Below, piece after piece: positions 41,135-43,105 of a DNA stretch of 43,105 nt. The stretch covers positions 1-43,105 of IMG/VR virus record IMGVR_UViG_3300037458_000852; one strand, written 5' to 3'. Within the stretch, counting starts at the first letter, position 1. Every line of letters starts with the position of its first letter. The notes below the pieces were generated by a model. That model did not search any database, had not been told where the DNA came from, and saw nothing but the letters and a program-made list of their open reading frames with translations. Both the position numbers and the translations under genes were made by a program. Origin of the DNA: a virus (taxonomy: Duplodnaviria; Caudoviricetes).

Positions 41135-42154
41135 TCAAAGCTTTAGCGCATTGACAGGCTCTCCAGTAGCCCTCACCAAGACGTCTTGTACTACCGGCCG
41201 GTCCATCTCGCTAGCCACCGCAACCAGGTTGTTGAGCGCGAACTGCGTGCCGAACACCTTCTCGTTGTCCCGGAAGGCCAGGAGCTCGCGGAGCTGCGGC
41301 GCCCAGGAGACCTCGCCGCTCGTCATCTTCTTGCTCAGGTTCTGCGCCGCGGTGACAACCTTGCTGCTCACACCAAGCTTGCGGGCCAGAGCGTAGTCGG
41401 TCGTGACCTCGAACTGGGTCACGAACCGCGAGACCAGAGCCTCGGACATGCGAGCACCGGGAGCGTGCGGGTTGCAGGCCGCGACCACGTAGAAGCCGGG
41501 CTTGGCCTTGACCACGCCACGCTCCGGGTTGGCCGTGATCCGGATCTCACCGCGACCGTCCATCGTGCCGTACAGGCCGGCAAGCGCCTTCGGGTCGATG
41601 AGAGCGATCTCGTCGACGTACAGCGGCCGCCCCTCCTCCATCGCTCGGATCAGCGGGCCGTCAACCCACTCGAACTCTCCGCCGGGGAGCTGGACGTAGG
41701 AGCCGATGAAGTCCGAGAACTCGGTGTCACCCGAGCCCTGCACCACGTAGACCGGGCTCCACTCTCCGACCTCGTCCTGCGCGCAGAACGCCGCCTCGAT
41801 GAGCGCCGTCTTGCCCGTGCCGGCCTCACCGTACAGGAGCACGGAGAGCTTGTTCTCCCGGCACTTGCGGAGCACGTCCACGTCGAGCAGGTCGCCCAGC
41901 AGCTTCCGTGTGTGATAGAGCGAGCCGTTGGGCCGCAGGATCGTCTCCGGGCCGGCGGCCACAACAGGCGCGCCAACCAACACGGGCGGCTTGGGTACCC
42001 GTGCCGCTCGCCCGTTCAGACGGCCGCCCGGCTCGACCATCGCGCTCAGCCGGTCGAGGCTGGCGGAGGTGGCCTCCGTGTCTGAGGCGACCCGCTTCAG
42101 GCCGCTCATGATCTCGTCGACCAGGTCGGCCGGCGTCTTCTCTACTGTTGCCAT
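41135..42154 (-). CDS. CobS/MoxR/NorQ-type AAA+ ATPase
   Basis: Walker A GEAGTGKT, WVDGPL, Walker B LYVDE, NP, ALVSRF, LRELL; start placed at ATG 42154 after GACGAAGGGAC. Confidence 0.9.
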   Translation of the reverse strand: MATVEKTPADLVDEIMSGLKRVASDTEATSASLDRLSAMVEPGGRLNGRAARVPKPPVLVGAPVVAAGPETILRPNGSLYHTRKLLGDLLDVDVLRKCRENKLSVLLYGEAGTGKTALIEAAFCAQDEVGEWSPVYVVQGSGDTEFSDFIGSYVQLPGGEFEWVDGPLIRAMEEGRPLYVDEIALIDPKALAGLYGTMDGRGEIRITANPERGVVKAKPGFYVVAACNPHAPGARMSEALVSRFVTQFEVTTDYALARKLGVSSKVVTAAQNLSKKMTSGEVSWAPQLRELLAFRDNEKVFGTQFALNNLVAVASEMDRPVVQDVLVRATGEPVNALKL

Positions 42155-42158
42155 CGTG

Positions 42159-42319
42159 TGTCCCTTCGTCTCTACTGTGTGGATGTGTGGATGTTCTTCT
42201 GAGACCAACCGTGCCGTTGCCCACAGGCCTTCCCACGTCTTGATCTCGTCAACCCAGCCGCCCCAAGCTTTGGCGCCCTTGATTGATTCCATTATATCAG
42301 GAAGTGAGCTCGGGTGCAA
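42159..42319 (-). promoter_or_regulatory. Cassette 26 (~130-nt leader)
   Basis: TTGCAC-17-TATAAT (CCTGA)...AGACGAAGGGACA. Confidence 0.8.
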
Positions 42320-42794
42320 GAAGCCGGGTAAGCTCGCGGAGCACGTCAGCCGGCTCAGCCGCGGGCGTGACCAGCTTCCGGTGAGTGAGCACTCGCTTGA
42401 TCCGGGTCAGGACCGGGTACGGAGTCTTGTATGCGTGCTCCCGGACCTCGGCAGCGGTGCACTCGACCACGATCGGAGACTCCCACTCCCACTGCTTGCC
42501 CTCGGGGTTCCGCTGGTTCTGGCGGTAGTGGCCGCCAAGCGTGTTCACGACCTGGTTGATCGCGATCTCGGAGCGGTCCGCTCGCTTGAACTGATCACTG
42601 AGCGCCGGGTTCTTGGTTCCACGCCACACCGGGCGCGCGCCCTCCTTGTCGATGTAGCGTGTCCACACGTTGACTGGCATCACGTCGGTCGCCGGCATGA
42701 CGATCCACTCGCGGTAGTTGTGCTCGCTCCGCTTGTGGACCAGGTACAGAGCGTAGTACTTGCGCTCGACTGGTGTCACCTTCAGTGCGGCCAT
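42297..42794 (-). CDS. Hypothetical protein
   Basis: 165 aa after cassette 27; stop in cassette 26. Confidence 0.8.
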   Translation of the reverse strand: MAALKVTPVERKYYALYLVHKRSEHNYREWIVMPATDVMPVNVWTRYIDKEGARPVWRGTKNPALSDQFKRADRSEIAINQVVNTLGGHYRQNQRNPEGKQWEWESPIVVECTAAEVREHAYKTPYPVLTRIKRVLTHRKLVTPAAEPADVLRELTRLLAPELTS

Positions 42795-42798
42795 GCTG

Positions 42799-42840
42799 TG
42801 TCCCTTCGTCGTTTCGTTGTCGTATATTCATTATATCAGG
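42799..42840 (-). promoter_or_regulatory. Cassette 27
   Basis: CCTGATATAATG..AACGACGAAGGGACA. Confidence 0.88.
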
Positions 42841-42857
42841 TACGAGGCCGGAAGGAA

Positions 42858-42925
42858 ACACAGGTACGGCCGGCCTCAACACTCGGGCTGGGAGGGACGA
42901 GGCGAGGCCGGCCGTACGCCTGTGT
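42858..42925 (-). terminator. Long inverted repeat
   Basis: acacagg-tacggccggcctc ... gaggccggccgta-cg-cctgtgt. Confidence 0.65.
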
Positions 42926-42931
42926 GGGCGG

Positions 42932-43105
42932 TCAGTCCTCGAACGCCGCCCGTGCCCTCGCCAGCTTCGCCCGGAGCGCGTCGACCTCATTCCGAAGCCG
43001 AGTGTTCTCCTCCTCGAGCAGGCCGTTCATGGTGCGCAGGTCCTCGAGCTCCGCGGGGTTCGCCGTGATCGAGACCAGGTGGTCGAGGTAGTACGTGATC
43101 GCCGA
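42932..43105 (-). CDS. C-terminal part of a coiled-coil protein (starts beyond window)
   Basis: ..ELEDLRTMNGLLEEENTRLRNEVDALRAKLARARAAFED*. Confidence 0.65.
   Translation of the reverse strand, partial: SAITYYLDHLVSITANPAELEDLRTMNGLLEEENTRLRNEVDALRAKLARARAAFED

Larger units (their letters stand above)
21336..42840 (-). repeat. Dispersed promoter+leader repeat family, 27 copies
   Basis: On + strand: (T)GTCC(C/T)TTCGTC(GTT)...ATTAT(AT/AA)CA(G/A)G before start codons. 26 copies face -, 1 faces +. Confidence 0.95.

Noticed and set aside
21336-42840. CRISPR array or integron attC reading of the repeated motif
   Set aside because: Spacing is irregular (0.1-4 kb), the intervals are full genes, the repeat is bipartite and non-palindromic and matches promoter+SD, and no cas or integrase gene is in the window.
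33032-43091. Long + strand ORFs 33032..34375, 38294..39625, 41928..43091
   Set aside because: They run antisense across cassette-led genes; shadow frames.
1-43105. tRNA, tmRNA, rRNA, group I/II introns, inteins
   Set aside because: No cloverleaf with T-loop GTTCRA and acceptor stem, intron core or intein terminal motifs were seen by eye; tRNAscan-SE or Infernal would be needed to exclude them.

Overview
This window is a 43-kb piece of a GC-rich tailed-phage genome, probably infecting Actinobacteria (leaderless starts, GAAAGGA-type SD, actinophage-type head genes). Almost all genes are on the - strand. (1) 1-17.8 kb is a head module: DUF1360-like membrane protein, portal, a 2752-aa multidomain protein with GNAT-like and HipA/PI3-4K-like kinase domains, an acidic partner, a 951-aa protein with a 2H phosphoesterase, a GIY-YIG endonuclease, a prohead protease fusion and the start of the major capsid gene. 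No terminase is in view. (2) 17.8-21.1 kb holds small genes, a double-HTH protein and a strand-skew switch with CCTG and iteron-like repeats (candidate origin or genome end). (3) 21.1-43.1 kb is an early/accessory region of about 60 mostly tiny genes punctuated by 27 copies of a promoter+leader cassette (NTGTAC/TTGNCA-~18-CCTGATATAAT...AACGACGAAGGGAC-start). It also holds a phosphatase+HDAC+LuxR operon, a holin-endolysin cassette, an AAA+/VWA pair, three more homing-type endonucleases and a candidate ~210-nt structured ncRNA. The leading candidates for new biology are the cassette array (8 genes stop inside its -10 box, and one hairpin loop is antisense to the shared leader), the ncRNA, and a kinase/acetylase versus phosphatase/deacetylase writer-eraser pairing. 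Family calls are by-eye motif recognition; no searches were run.
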